39,436 nt of DNA from Sphaeroforma arctica JP610 (GCF_001186125.1 NW_014040467.1:37877-77312), one strand, 5' to 3'; positions 25,001 through 37,301 are shown, counted from the first letter of the stretch. Program-made: numbers and translations. Notes: generated from the sequence alone by a model not told the origin.

Positions 25001-27913
25001 GAGTTTCTGGGTACATGGTTGAGTTCGCATTCGCAGTTCATATACTGAGCTTATCATCTGTGGTGCCTTTCTCATTGACCAGGCGCAAAACAACGAGATC
25101 AATTCGTTGACTGGCCACACCGGCCCAGTTGAACATATGAGCTTTAATCCTAAGATCTACAATCAGCTATTTACCTGCTCACAAGACAAGAGCGTACGCT
25201 TATGGGACACCAAAAGTAAGTGGAATATCACGTGCCCGTGCTGCCATGTTTTTTTGCGATCTTCGCCTCATTTATAAGTATAGGACCGTGTACAATGCAA
25301 TATATACTCAAAGGTTATTATTGAGTAGAGAATATATTGACCCTAGGTATTACAATTATGCGAACATGGTACACCTCTATCCATCTACACAGATACATAT
25401 CTATCAATAAATGTGTGCATGTTCTCTTTAGTGATTATGCAAACCGGTATAGCTAAGAACGTATACAAATATGTATATGTGTATACTTAAATATGAACAC
25501 TAGTTAAATTACACCAACATGCACTTCTATTTCTTTGCATGCTTTAGTGCACAGATGCATCTACTATTTCAAACAAGTGCCTAGTGTTGTAGATATGATG
25601 TGTATATATAAGTTAACAGATTTGCATATATTTGTGTATCTGACGAAAATTGAACCTATTATTGCTCGTTGGTACAAATTTTCGTCTAGGTGAGAACACA
25701 TTAATATCCATTCGCTGAGGATTTCCGGTTTTTACACGTCACATATCTACCTGCATACGTACAGAGCTGTATTTGTACGTGATACATATGGTTATTTTCC
25801 AGTGATAGGCCTGTGGTAGGCTTTATAATATGACGAGTCAGTCTCATTTTGTTTGAGTGACTGTGTTGTCAAGATATATGTATGTAAATATTTAAAGATG
25901 TGCACCTTGGTTTTCGTGTTGTGTAGATAAATAACAAATTCGGATGAAGCCATACACGCGTATGAAGATATTTGTGAACAAATCAATTTTAAAGTTGATT
26001 ATTTTTTTTGGGTGCATTTGTGCATTTTGAAATCGTTCCCTATCACCACGGCAATTTCAAATTCGTATACTTTGGAATCAACTCGCCATTTGTCGACACT
26101 TTTCATACTCAGCCGCTACATGCACAAATAACACCGCTACGAAGGGTGAGAACATATTTTCCGCGTGGTCGCCAGACGGGAAGTATATCGCCTTCGTCAA
26201 CAGCAACGATGTTTTGACTGTTGTAGATGTGCGGAAGATGGACACGCCAGTTAAAACGCAGAGCTTCAACGACGAGGTATGTGAGAGTTAGCTTGTAAAA
26301 CCTAATGTGTTGCGCACATTTAATCTACAGGGTTCGAAAGCCCCAAGTGTGGATCGGGCGAGACATTTTGGGAAGACTATGAGTATGCGTGTTTCATGTC
26401 CTCTTGTATAGCCCTGCTGTGCGTTGCCGAATATTTCTGATAGTTGCATATGCCATTTAAATTGTGTTTGCAGAAGGCACATACCACCACCTCAGATCAA
26501 TGTATTGTAGTACCACCATTCTGATACGTAAATCAACTTCCACACACCTCGCCAGGTAAACCAGCTGTCTTGGAACAGCACTGGAGAGTTCATTGTGCTG
26601 GCGATGGGGTCTGGTATGATCCAGCCCATTCCTTGGCCCTCGATGGACCGTGTGCCACCCATCAAAGCGCATGGCGGCGGTTGCGTGTCTGTTGCATTCG
26701 ATCCGAAGGGAAGGTGTGTCGCGTGCGTCTCTGGACGCTTTTGTCGGTCATGTGACTGAACATGTAGCTTCTTTGGGATATTGACTATTGCCATTCGTTC
26801 AACAAATGTGTGTTTTTTGTAGCCAAATTCACTCCACCGATGTACCATGGAACACGTTCAACAAGACAGGCAATTGCTAAAGTGGTCGATTGTGTGCTCT
26901 GTTTTCGCACATAGGTACTTGGCCGTTGGGTCCGTGGATACACAAACAAGCCTGTGGGATTTGTCCGAAATGGCCAGCTTGCGGACCTTCAACTCGTTAG
27001 GGTATGTACTCATAGTCTTGATGCTCCTGCCAGAATGCTGCATATGTGTGTTTTTCTTTCTAAAATAATTTCTGGGTATGCTCATTGGAGATGATAACTC
27101 GGGCTGTTCGTGGAGCAGTGGCATTTGCCAGTGTTGGAATCTTTTCAAGTGTGATTTAACAGAATCCACGGTCTCAAAATCCAGGCTTGTGGGTCTTGGC
27201 CATAGACCGCAATGGCCATACTTCATTTAAACTTGGCTACGACCAATTCGGGCTCTAGTGTTTACTATTCATAAAATGTACGCGCGTGTACGTTGTATCT
27301 ATACATGTGTTGCTTGGGCCCTTTTGCAATTAACTAAGTGTTTGATCGCGCTCACTAAAGCCTCGTTTCTCATATTTTGCTTGTTACAGAACGCCCGTGG
27401 TGAGCCTTTCATTTACATTCTGCGGAACCTATCTGGCTTCGGCCGCAGAATTGGATCAAATAGATATAGTATGTGAAACGTTCAAACAGATATTGTGAAA
27501 ACCATGTCTTAAGCCTGTACTGTTAGTTTTTATTCTGCCTTTGATGCGGCATGCGTATTTTGTCGAGCCTTACTCCTACAACTGGTAACATTGTAGTTGG
27601 CTGATGAGGTGCAGGTGCAAAATACATACAAATTCTATAGATTGGTCTGGCATTGATGTACATTTTTGCAAAATCAACCACAATTTTCCGGCTTGCATTT
27701 TCAATTAAGCTATAGCTACTTCGATGAAGTCATATACTCTTTTCTATCCCGTACTCATCACCTCCCGTCGTTTGATTTAATATAGTCACACGTGGAATCA
27801 GGGGAGTCGGTACATCAAATAGAACTGGAGGGCCAATGCACGGCAGTTGCATGGCATCCATCAAAGCACTTCCTTGCGTACACGGCGTATTCGAGGACCC
27901 CGAAGGACGATGA
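22049..27913 (+). CDS. THOC3: THO complex subunit 3 (THOC3/TEX1), WD40 protein; start codon and final exon uncertain
   Basis: In-frame exons: ..23380 (KNFRGHKDK), 24512-24598 (IRHVAWSYDGTQLASASSDNT), 25083-25215 (GHTGPVEHM..SQDKSVRLWD), 26113-26276 (TKGENIFSAWSPDGKYIA), 26556-26713 (VNQLSWN..AHGGGCVSVAFDPKGR), 26915-27001 (YLAVGSVDTQTSLWDLSE), 27390-27468, 27786-27913 (AVAWHPSKHFLAY). The TKGENI..WSPDG and FDPxGxYxAxGSxD motifs are characteristic of THOC3. A further exon is possible at 28308-28332. Confidence 0.88.
22104..22166 (+). repeat. (CCCACA/CCCACG)n hexamer microsatellite
   Basis: Directly visible. Reads HPHPHPRPHPRP in the long ORF. Confidence 0.9.
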
Positions 27914-30084
27914 GTAAGTTGACTATATATATATTCATTCGCTCGCACTCTTTCAAGTTTCATGCTGACTGTTTGTTTGTTTTTTAGCTTAAACGTGTCG
28001 TAGAGCGATTACATTGCGTAGTAAGCGGCCCTGACATACCAAAAAGCACACAGAGAGGCTGGATCTCGCTGATGGGGTTTTCAGGTTGTGATCATGAGTT
28101 CCTGATGTTGCCCTACAATATCTCTTCTCAAGTGCTTGATCTTGGCTGCCTTAAGTTCTGTACAAGATCAATCATGACCGTCACCACCTTAATTTCATGA
28201 TGAGCGTTTATTTTTCCTATTCCACACTTTTTGAGATACTGTTTACTTTATTGATGAATTAGTCACTGATTTTGTACTAATTTATGCACCAATCTCTACT
28301 GTTTCAGTCGTCGAACTAATCCTTCGCCCGAGGTGAGTGTATTCGGATATAAAGATACCGGAAGGAAAAGCAAGGATTAACAGCATAAACACGACAAATA
28401 TTAGGGTGGTTAAATAATAAATGTATGCATAGGAAGACTAGTTCCACGTGTGGCATCTATTTTTCTTCGTAATATGACCAGTAAGATCGATCTCGCATGA
28501 GCGTGATATGCCAGCACGTTGAAGTGTTCGATCTCATGTTGTATGTAAAGGCACGATTAGTGTTCCAGAATTAGAACACCGCGCCTATCATTTTTTTGGC
28601 GATTGCATTCCATTGCGATATCGGCATGTAATATATTGTTTGCTTTGACAGCAGTAGTTGTATTTGCCATGGAAGCCCAATACAGCAGCTGGCGTTAAAT
28701 TTCGTTGTAAATCCGAAATGAGACTGGTTGCGTGTCATCCGCGAGCATCTTCTCACTAGTTTTGTAGATATGATTGTTTTTATTTACTTGTAACTCATCT
28801 AATAGCATCAGTAAACTGAAAGCATCACTGTGTCCACCGCATTGGCATAATGCATTCCTAATGAAACAACATTATCTTCCGGCTGTTGTTTTAACATCCC
28901 TTGTCCCTTCTCGGCAATGATTCTGAGTACGATATAAGAATGCACCCCACAACTTCATATCAGTGTTCAGTGCTCATCTGAGATCTGTGGGAGCACATAC
29001 TCGGACGACCACTCTCAGATCAGGGCACCGGTATTACACAGACTCCCCGCTTGCAAGGCGATCTACGACACGAATTTGTTTTTCCGTTACCGCTACAACA
29101 ATCTGTTGTGGGACCCAAAAGAGCTAATGGACGTGCGCAACAATCTCAGATAAGGAAAGCCGAGATTGTTCTTGTTATAACCGAATGGCTGAGAGTATTA
29201 ATCAACTTAGTAAAGTAGGGGGAAGGAGAGACAGAATGGCAAGCGCGGCGTGTTTACGCGTCGCTGCACGAGTATATGAAAGTTCTCGGGTCTGGGTCCG
29301 ATTGCGAATGAACACGTGACTCAACTGGATAATGGCTGGATTGAACTCCAACACTTAACAAAGGCGGTGACCTACAATTATATGTGGAAAATTGTTACTG
29401 ACAGAGCTTTGCCCATTAAACTGATCGACGGTTGGCGCTCAGTCCAACCAAAGAAAAGGACTCAACAAAGCAGGATGGAAAGTTCAAGATCATTGGACTG
29501 AAAGGGAACGAATAAAATATACTCGCTCTATCAAACGTGAAGACTCGCATGATCACAAACGGCTAATTAAGTAGTGTCCCTGTCTCCCCCTGAACATACA
29601 GAGAGACTTCTTTTTTTAAGACTTATAACATCTTCGTTTGATCTATGTCAAAATAGAACAAAGAAAGACACGACACATTGCGGATTGTACGAAAAATGGA
29701 TTTGATAAGGAACTACTACTACATACAGTATGTAATTGGCAACACCGTGAGAACGTTCTTGAAACTTTCATTTGGTTTGATGAGATATATCTATCTATAG
29801 TAACTTGCAGCACAGTGTGACATTTCAATAGCTAGTACCTTCCAGATGAGACCACTATAGTTGTTTGCGCTATTGTATTATGATATGAGAATGTGAAATC
29901 AAAAAATTTATAGCTTTTCATAAGGAACCTAACCTGCCACTGTTTTCACCTTCGCACAATGCTCGTTATGCCAGAGTAAATCACACTCAAGGAATAGTTC
30001 TTGGCCGATATTGTGGAGGTTCCGTTGCCAGCATTTTTACAGCACTCTCCAGGCAAAGACACAAAAATCAGTCGACCGAAAAGC

Positions 30085-31011
30085 TTATTGCGATGAATCG
30101 TTGTTGCGGAAGGCTGCTGCTGGAATTTCAGAATATGTTAATTCTGGCTGGATTGGTCCACAAACAGTACCCAGGCTGGAAAAATTCGATTGTGTTTTGG
30201 AATGTTTTAAGAAATCGCCGTCTTGGAACAAGTTTTCTTTTTTGCGGCTGGGAAACTTCTCATAAAAGTGAAGACCTCTGAGCTTGCTATGAGGGCCTAT
30301 TAAAAATACATGTGGCAGCTCACGTTTGCCGTAAACATAACCCCTGGAATCCAGTTCATTATTATAGCAACTTGATAGCAGACCTATGTGCTTCTTGACT
30401 TTTATCGAACCACATCTGTTGTCGTAGTCAGGAAACGAGTTCAAAAGAATGTTGTTCCACAAAGCGCCATTATCATCAACTGCATATCCCTGTAAATTTA
30501 TCCACGACTGCAGAAATGTATGCGTCCATTGGCTATTTTTAAATAGCAAGGCACCAGCGTTGGGTCGGTGCGGGTCGTCGGTGAGGAAAAGACTTGCGTT
30601 ACTATTCTCCACGTAGGATTCAATTGTTGTGTTCATGCTCTCTATGGATATATCCGAATCAACGTACAACAAGTAATCATAGTACGGTAAATATTTCGAT
30701 ATCGCAATTATCTTGTTGTTAAATATATAAGCACGACTTTTCACAGGCTGGACAAGATCTATGTGATAGTGGTAGCCATGACGGGCGGCGTAGCAGCCCC
30801 AAGCATTATAACGTCCAGCATCTCGCTGGACGACATCGAAATGACTTACAACCACAATTCCTATCTTGAGCTTTGTCTGTGTGGTTGGGCGGACATACAC
30901 AAGTTGTAATTGTGACTGGAGGTATGCCCTGCCACTAAAAATTGAAGAGGCCAAGACACTCAGCAAGAAAAGTACGCAAAGACACCCACCCTTTGTGAAA
31001 TTATATGCCAT
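30085..31011 (-). CDS. Type II membrane GT-A glycosyltransferase (DUF273 / GT34-like nucleotide-diphospho-sugar transferase)
   Basis: Intronless 308 aa with an N-terminal TM anchor. Motifs CYAARHGY, KIIAISKYLPYYDYLLYVDSDI (DxD), NAGALLFKNSQW...FLQSW and DNGAL. Confidence 0.85.
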   Translation of the reverse strand: MAYNFTKGGCLCVLFLLSVLASSIFSGRAYLQSQLQLVYVRPTTQTKLKIGIVVVSHFDVVQRDAGRYNAWGCYAARHGYHYHIDLVQPVKSRAYIFNNKIIAISKYLPYYDYLLYVDSDISIESMNTTIESYVENSNASLFLTDDPHRPNAGALLFKNSQWTHTFLQSWINLQGYAVDDNGALWNNILLNSFPDYDNRCGSIKVKKHIGLLSSCYNNELDSRGYVYGKRELPHVFLIGPHSKLRGLHFYEKFPSRKKENLFQDGDFLKHSKTQSNFSSLGTVCGPIQPELTYSEIPAAAFRNNDSSQ

Positions 31012-31467
31012 CTTACTGTGGTAAGTTTTATGCGTCCTGTCTCCGAAACTTAAACGCTGAAAATGCTGAAAGTGACTAGAAGTTACGCCATCCGTCTTTT
31101 ATAACTAAATATAGCGCTCGCAGGCTCATCATGATCCTCCCTTCGGGTTTTTCTAAGCATTCCAAGATAGGAGCTAAAGTTTCTCCTGCCAACGACCCCT
31201 TTCCCCTGCCTAATAATGCAGAAGGGTGTCTTTTCCTCTGGTCGTTTTGTGGACTGTCGTTCCAAAGCCTTCTAAGAACAACAGTTTTAAAAAATTCGGT
31301 TTCGCGCTGAGGGACTGTCTTGAAAATCGAATTTTCAACGTATATTTTCAGAAAATCGCATTGTCCGCAGAGCGGGCACCGATTTGTCGTATATCGATAA
31401 CCCAACAATCCAACAACCAAACAACCAAACAACCCTCTAGAAAGCGTATTACTCTTTCCAATAGTAT

Positions 31468-31693
31468 TGTTTTAGAGTAAAAATATTACCGGGTCACCAA
31501 TGAAGGTCCAATATAAGCGTAGTAAAACCATACGGAGCCTGTATTGGACAACATAAACTACAACATAAAATGTAAATGGGTTTTTCCTAAATAAGGGTTT
31601 TTCCCCTGTGCATGAATTAGTCATGACAGAAAGTATAAATGCCTTGAGCAGGCACCACAATAAAGCACTGATTCTAAGCTCTTATAATTAACA
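31468..31693 (+). repeat. Candidate 5' LTR of the copia element
   Basis: TGTT...AACA ends with internal TATAAA (~31634) and AATAAA (~31659), immediately upstream of gag. No second copy or clear PBS seen. Confidence 0.35.
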
Positions 31694-31795
31694 GTCTAGC
31701 AACTTATTAGGTCCGCTACTCTACTCATTTTTTTCAACATCACGAACACCAAGTGGAAGCCGGAAAACAAACGCAAAGGCCGTAGTAATTTCAAA

Positions 31796-32961
31796 ATGTG
31801 GCTTATGGAACTCACTGTCATTTTACGAGCCGAAGATATATGTGATATAATACACCACGCAATGAAGCCCGCCACCAACACCAATTATGAACGAACCTGG
31901 AAAGACGAAGAAATTGGAGAGGGTCAACATTACATAATCAAATCTGTGTCGCTAGACATATTGGCTACTCTGAGTACAACTATGACTCCGAAAGAAATGT
32001 TCACAATGCTATACTAAAATTATGGTCACGTCGGAGAAGGGAGCAAGATACGGATGAGACAAGAACTTGGGAAAATACGACAACAAGACAACGAGAACAT
32101 GGATAAGTTTATTCCAAGACTGAACACGAAATTTGTTGACGCCTTCAATATGAATATCGTACTTATCGACACCGAGAAGATCACTTTTCTAACCGGTGCT
32201 CTACATACAAATTATATCTCTATAGTAACTCACCTGATTACCGACAGTGCTATGAGACTAAGCTACGGAGCTGCCTTAGCATATGTACAACAGACTGCAT
32301 TAGAAATTGAAGCCCAGATTATGAACACCAATGCAACATCGACTTCGGACACCACCTTTACTGCCACTACTAACAGAATGTCACACAAGTGCAAAAATTA
32401 TGGACGCTTCGCACAAAATTGTCGATTGCCACAATTCAGACAAACCTTCAATTCAAGAGGCCAAGGGAGATTCACAGGCCGAGGAGGCTACCACAATCGA
32501 GGAAGATTTTTGGACAAGGCAATTTACAAAAATCAGGACAAGGCCGCGGTTTCAATAGGAAACCAAACCCAACGCGGAGGATTCAACAGACGATTTGGAT
32601 ATCAAGAACGAGGGAGATATAACAATTATGGATTAAGAACCCAACAACAACACGCTAATTCTGCACTTGCTAATCCCAATCTTGCAGACAGCTTGCTCAT
32701 AAGACTGCAAGCTGAATTTGACCAGAAAGGTGCCGCACCACAACAACAACAATATGTCAATTGGATACAGTCGGAATACGCGCATACATAAAAACCAAGC
32801 AGCACACATACAAGGTGCCAACAACCAGCAAATTATTTTATGGTGAACGCTTATGCCAACCAAATAGACACAGAATTCAACCCAAGACTGCCCCAATTAA
32901 GAGGTCCAGGAACATATTGACTCGCCGTCGATTCATGTGCTACCAAGCATATATTACCATA
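31796..32961 (+). pseudogene. Copia gag-protease pseudogene
   Basis: ORFs 31796-32017 and 32054-32791 are the same frame, separated by one TAA. An RG-rich region follows the knuckle. The protease motif is in a shifted frame just before the N gap. Confidence 0.82.
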
Positions 32962-32982
32962 TNNNNNNNNNNNNNNNNNNNN

Positions 32983-34533
32983 CCATGAGTTACCATGGTT
33001 AGAGAAGGTACAACGCATACACAACGTTGTAAAACCTTGCTTGCGAGAGACACCTATGTGGCCTTATTAAATGCTACCAAAAAGATAGCAGAGTATCAGG
33101 TTGGAGACAGGGTTAACATCCGTCAACGTAATTCCGATGCTACTGTACTAAAATCGAAATGAATAGGACCATACATAATCTCTGTAGCCGACACTAAAAG
33201 TGGAACCTATGAGGTTAATAACCCCGACGGTTCTAGTGCTTTAAATATAGGCACTAGTCGGATTCCAACTACTTAGATTATTTTCGCAAGAAGGCATGAT
33301 TCTACTGCACCTCGTGAAAGATAATCCCGAAGCATATACACATATAAAGCGACTATTAAATAAGTTAGGTGTATCAAACGCACACGTGCGCACTCATGAC
33401 ACTCGTGCGAAAGAAGGACAGGAGTCTGGAAACACTACAGACTTAGAGATCACGCAAGTGGATTCTCAACACCCTACCTTTATTCTGGAGGAGCAGAATG
33501 ATGAAAACATTCTTGCTTGGCTGACGCAAAACCATAAGCTGAAGCATCAGAACGTAGTAGACGCACTTAAAGATGCTATGCGAAATGGAATCGCGCACCC
33601 TAAGCTGGCAACTTTAGTTGACAGAGTATATCAGTCATGTACAGACTGTGGTCTCAATCAGATTAAGCGCTATGGGTTCACACCGCTTAAGAGTGTGACT
33701 GAAGATGTTCCATGGCGCAGGGTCATCATTGATCTGGTTGACCTGCCTACGACCGAGCACACAGGCGACCGTTACGTATGCCACTTCTTTGATGTAGCGT
33801 CACGGTACAACATGCTCTCTTCTTCAAAGGACAAGAGTACGCAGACCGTGGCAGAATTATGTTGCCAAGTCTTTGCTGACCACGGGTGGCCAGGTATAAT
33901 GCACACTGATAACGGTAGCGAGTTCTGCGATGACGTAATGGAATCGTTAGTACTCGTATCAGGCATGTGCCATAAAAGGGGTGTACCATATAAACCGCAA
34001 ACACGAGACGCTAATGAAACGCGCCACAGAAGACTTAAGTTCTTCTTACGTACTGCATTAATTTTTGGCCGTACCACCTTCAGTGGGTACAAACACAGAT
34101 GAACGAGTGTACTGATCCGGTTACAGGAATAACACTCGCTCACTATTTTCGTGGCAGATATAGTGAGTTACAAATATCCTTTAACAAGGACGAACCTGAT
34201 CACCATGAGTTACCATGGTTAGAGAAGGTACAACGCATACACAACGTTGTAAATCCTTGCTTGCGAGAGACACCTATGCGGCCTTATTAAATGCTACCAA
34301 AAAGATAGCAGAGTATCAGGTTGGAGACAGGGTTAACATCCGTCAACGTAATTCCGATGCTACTGTACTAAAATCGAAATGAATAGGACCATACATAATC
34401 TCTGTAGCCGACACTAAAAGTGGAACCTATGAGGTTAATAACCCCGACGGTTCTAATTCTTTAAATATAGGCACTAGTCGGATTCCGACTACTGAGATTA
34501 TTTTCGCAAGAAGGCATCATTCTACTGCACCTC
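32983..34533 (+). repeat. 331-bp direct repeat (32983-33313 and 34203-34533), period 1220 bp
   Basis: Near-identical copies with about 7 substitutions counted by eye. The first copy is cut off by the N gap. Confidence 0.95.
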
Positions 34534-34709
34534 TTAACCGCTCCGAATTCAAAGATATTATATGGAGAACGGATAAAGGAGGATATACATACTATCGTAC
34601 ACGCTTTATAGACGGTACAATCGCTGAGTTAACTTCAGACGCTTTTGACAATCTGGACTGTTTAAAGGCCTTTAACAGAAAATGGCGTAAACGCCTACAT
34701 AAGTCATAG
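33296..34709 (+). pseudogene. Gypsy-type integrase (HHCC + rve core + GPY/F + chromodomain-like tail), disrupted
   Basis: HKLKH...CTDC, PWRRVIIDLVDLP, DVASRY, HTDNGSEF and YKPQTRDANE. Stops and frameshifts occur after 34102. Tail IIWRTDKGGYTYYRTRF...AFDNLDCLKAF ends at TAG ~34709. Confidence 0.85.
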
Positions 34710-35047
34710 GCTGAAAAAGATAGCATGTTTCCATCGTCTGAAGGCACGGAAGTTAAAACTTACCCGCCAACAGCATTTATCCCGAGCTTTACTGCTCATC
34801 CTTCATATGTTCCAAAAAATATTGAAGCGTAAGAAACGTCCAGTCGACCACCACGGACCTACTGGACCTAAACCCAAAACTCACAGGGTAACCGAGAACG
34901 CTTAACTTCTACGCCTGAAAAAAACATTAACTATACGTTGTGCTACTAAATGTTTTTGACCCGTTTTCCTTTCTCGCTTTTTTTTACCCATAATCAGCTT
35001 TAGTGAGCAACTTGCTTCTCCTGGGTCTCGAAGCTGGGTGGTGGCTA

Positions 35048-35186
35048 TGTAAAAGCCGGGCCTTCACATTAGAATCTTGTAATATGAGCGTACTCTCAAT
35101 AGTACGTAACACATACTTTTAAAAGTACGTAAACTCTTAAATGGGTTTTAACGGTTTTTATTAATTAAATACCTTTCCATTTTACA
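35048..35186 (+). repeat. Putative 3' LTR (139 bp) of the gypsy-type element
   Basis: 7-bp inverted termini TGTAAAA/TTTTACA, directly after a PPT-like tract, with ATTAAA near the 3' end. Confidence 0.65.
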
Positions 35187-35599
35187 TATCAGATATTTGG
35201 ACAAGGCCATTAAAAGGCCCCAGTAAAATACCAATATAAGATTTGGTCTGTCTGATGAAGGCTAAGTCGGTAATTCTTGATAAGGGGCAAGTTATTGGTT
35301 AATGCAATAACTATGGACATCAAGAGTATTTTTCTTTTATTCATATATTTTTTCTAAAGATAGGATTTTATGAGTCTCTCGGATTCGCCCCAGTGAAACA
35401 TACCATAGTTTCTAATAGAGCTACTGAGAGGATTATATATAGGCAATGTCTCAGCCTCACAATCCCTCAGAGTATTGCTGTTTTCACGAGGCATACCTAA
35501 CTTTACTAAAAGACTCATTTCGTTCATTTACATTGAATTAATTTAATTATACTGAGACTTAACCTAAGCGTTTAATTACTCTAAGGCATTAATATCGCC

Positions 35600-36330
35600 T
35601 TGATAGACCGAAACTTACACTAAGTGATATTATAGGACAGTATAGCCCCCCTACTTTAGACAACAACCGATATGCCCTGACATTAATAGACGATCACTCG
35701 TGATATCTTATGGTCGCACTATTATCGACTATAACAACCGCCAACATCTTGGAACATCTGCTGCAATTATCCGACCAGCTACACGTATTATCCGGAAGAA
35801 GAGTTTCGACGATACAATTCGACCAAGGCAGTCAATTTACATCAGTCGAGATGAGACGAAAAATATGTCACTTGGGATACATGATCAGATACGTACCGAC
35901 GGCCACATCACAACTGCACGGGATTATCGAGACAGCCCACCAGACTATCAAAAATCGAGCCCGAGCCATGCTTGCGTATGCAAATCTGCCGTCAAGCTTT
36001 TGGGGAGAAGCAATAGTTCAAGCTGTCAATATTACTAACGCTTTATTGTCAAACCCAGATCGACCACCACCCATAACACTACTATCACAACAGCCAGCAA
36101 ACACCGACCGATACCGCGTATTTTGATGTAAAGTACTCTACAAGGAGAGGCAAGATACATCATCACTTGCTAACCGTGGCCGACCAGGGATACTAATCGC
36201 ACAACCACTCAACACTACTACGGACACATATAGAATTTACAATCCATCCACAAAGACAATAGCTATAAGTAGAGATGTTACATTATTTGAGGATCAATTT
36301 TGTGCCAATGAACACATTATGAAAACCATA
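35600..36330 (+). pseudogene. Copia-type integrase core plus SH3-like tail, with in-frame stops
   Basis: SDIIG..NRYALTLIDDHS*Y, IQFDQGSQF, QLHGIIETAHQTI..ARAML..ANLPSSFWGEAI, RVF*C and YRIYNPSTKTIAISRDVTLFE. Confidence 0.9.
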
Positions 36331-37300
36331 TACTAATCGCTTGAACAAATTTGAGATATACTAAGTCGAAAAAGACTTGTACCAGAATACACAGCGTAAA
36401 AAGATTCATATACTAACTGCCTTTATTATTTGAAGATATTTTAAGTCTCAGGCTATTCAAAATGCGATCCAGCTCACGAGAATTCACAAAGACATTTTCA
36501 GACAGTATTGTATTTGCAGGCGAAAATATTCGATCATTCATAATCCAAAATCCGGAAGTATTAGCATTGGCAAGTATTCCCAACGTTCAAGGGTCGAGAA
36601 TTAAGTTCAAAGACCGAAAAACTCATGTTAGTATTAACAAGTCAATTCAAAGGTCGACAACTCATGACGAAGGAAACGCATTCCAGAGTCGATTCAAAGG
36701 GCGAAAACTCATGAAAAGGCATCTATCGAAAAGCATTTACAAGTCAGGCAGACAGCAATCAATGATTTACGAGGAAGCAACCAAAAGACAAGTATATGTA
36801 AAGTCAAAAAGTACAAGGCAAATGTTATTTTTCATCATTTTATTGTTGAAGTACTATTCTATTATTACAGTGTTTTTAGCAAACTTCAGAACACCTACTG
36901 CACAAGTGAAAATTACAATTGAAACAAAGTTCTTTATGCACTTAAATAGTTGGATGCAGTAAGCAAAGAAATCTTGCATATACAGTAAAACTGTATAATT
37001 AGATATCACACTGGATTAACACCCACCAAGCACTTCAGTTATGTGAATGGTATACTATAAGCGTACATAACAGACCACCAAATATTATGTCGATTGTTCG
37101 GGATGTCTTCTATTGAGGAACACCAGAACGACTGGAGCAGCTGTCACAATATTTGTAAAATTCACTTTCATATACAGTATCAGATTCGATTTAAGATCAT
37201 CCCTCAGTGCCGAACGCACCTCACTTCAGCAAAAGTTCTAAATCTTGCCTAGCATTTTTTTTTAAATGCCCGAGTATAAATTCCCGAACCTGTTAGACTG

Positions 37301-37301
<1 letters not shown>

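Larger units (their letters stand above)
32983..35186 (+). mobile_element. 3' part of a Ty3/gypsy-type element (integrase, chromodomain-like tail, PPT, 3' LTR) nested in the copia element
   Basis: Gypsy-type integrase, K*IGPY motif, purine-rich tract gaagctgggtggtggcta, then TGTAAAA...TTTTACA. Confidence 0.8.
31740..36330 (+). mobile_element. Degenerate Ty1/copia LTR retrotransposon (gag-protease ... integrase), interrupted by an insertion; RT/RNase H not seen
   Basis: Gag with GRSNFKMW and a UBN2-like region, decayed zinc knuckle HKCKNYGRFAQNC, protease LAVDSCATKH (~32921-32950), and a copia-type integrase at 35600-36330. Confidence 0.85.

Noticed and set aside
28430..28760. Minus-strand frame with LYWASM resembling an integrase zinc-binding region
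   Set aside because: No HHCC or catalytic motifs and several stops, so insufficient support.
31076..31480. Overlapping ORFs upstream of the glycosyltransferase
   Set aside because: Mostly non-ATG starts, no recognisable motifs and simple repeats. Likely promoter or intergenic DNA.
31796..36130. In-frame stops at conserved positions as a sign of an alternative genetic code or readthrough
   Set aside because: TGA replaces expected Trp (K*IGPY), Arg (DDHS*Y) and Gly (VF*C) codons. This is inconsistent with reassignment and fits ordinary decay.
36462..36962. 166-aa ORF after the copia integrase
   Set aside because: No RT or RNase H motifs, partly made of degenerate repeats, and no product can be assigned.
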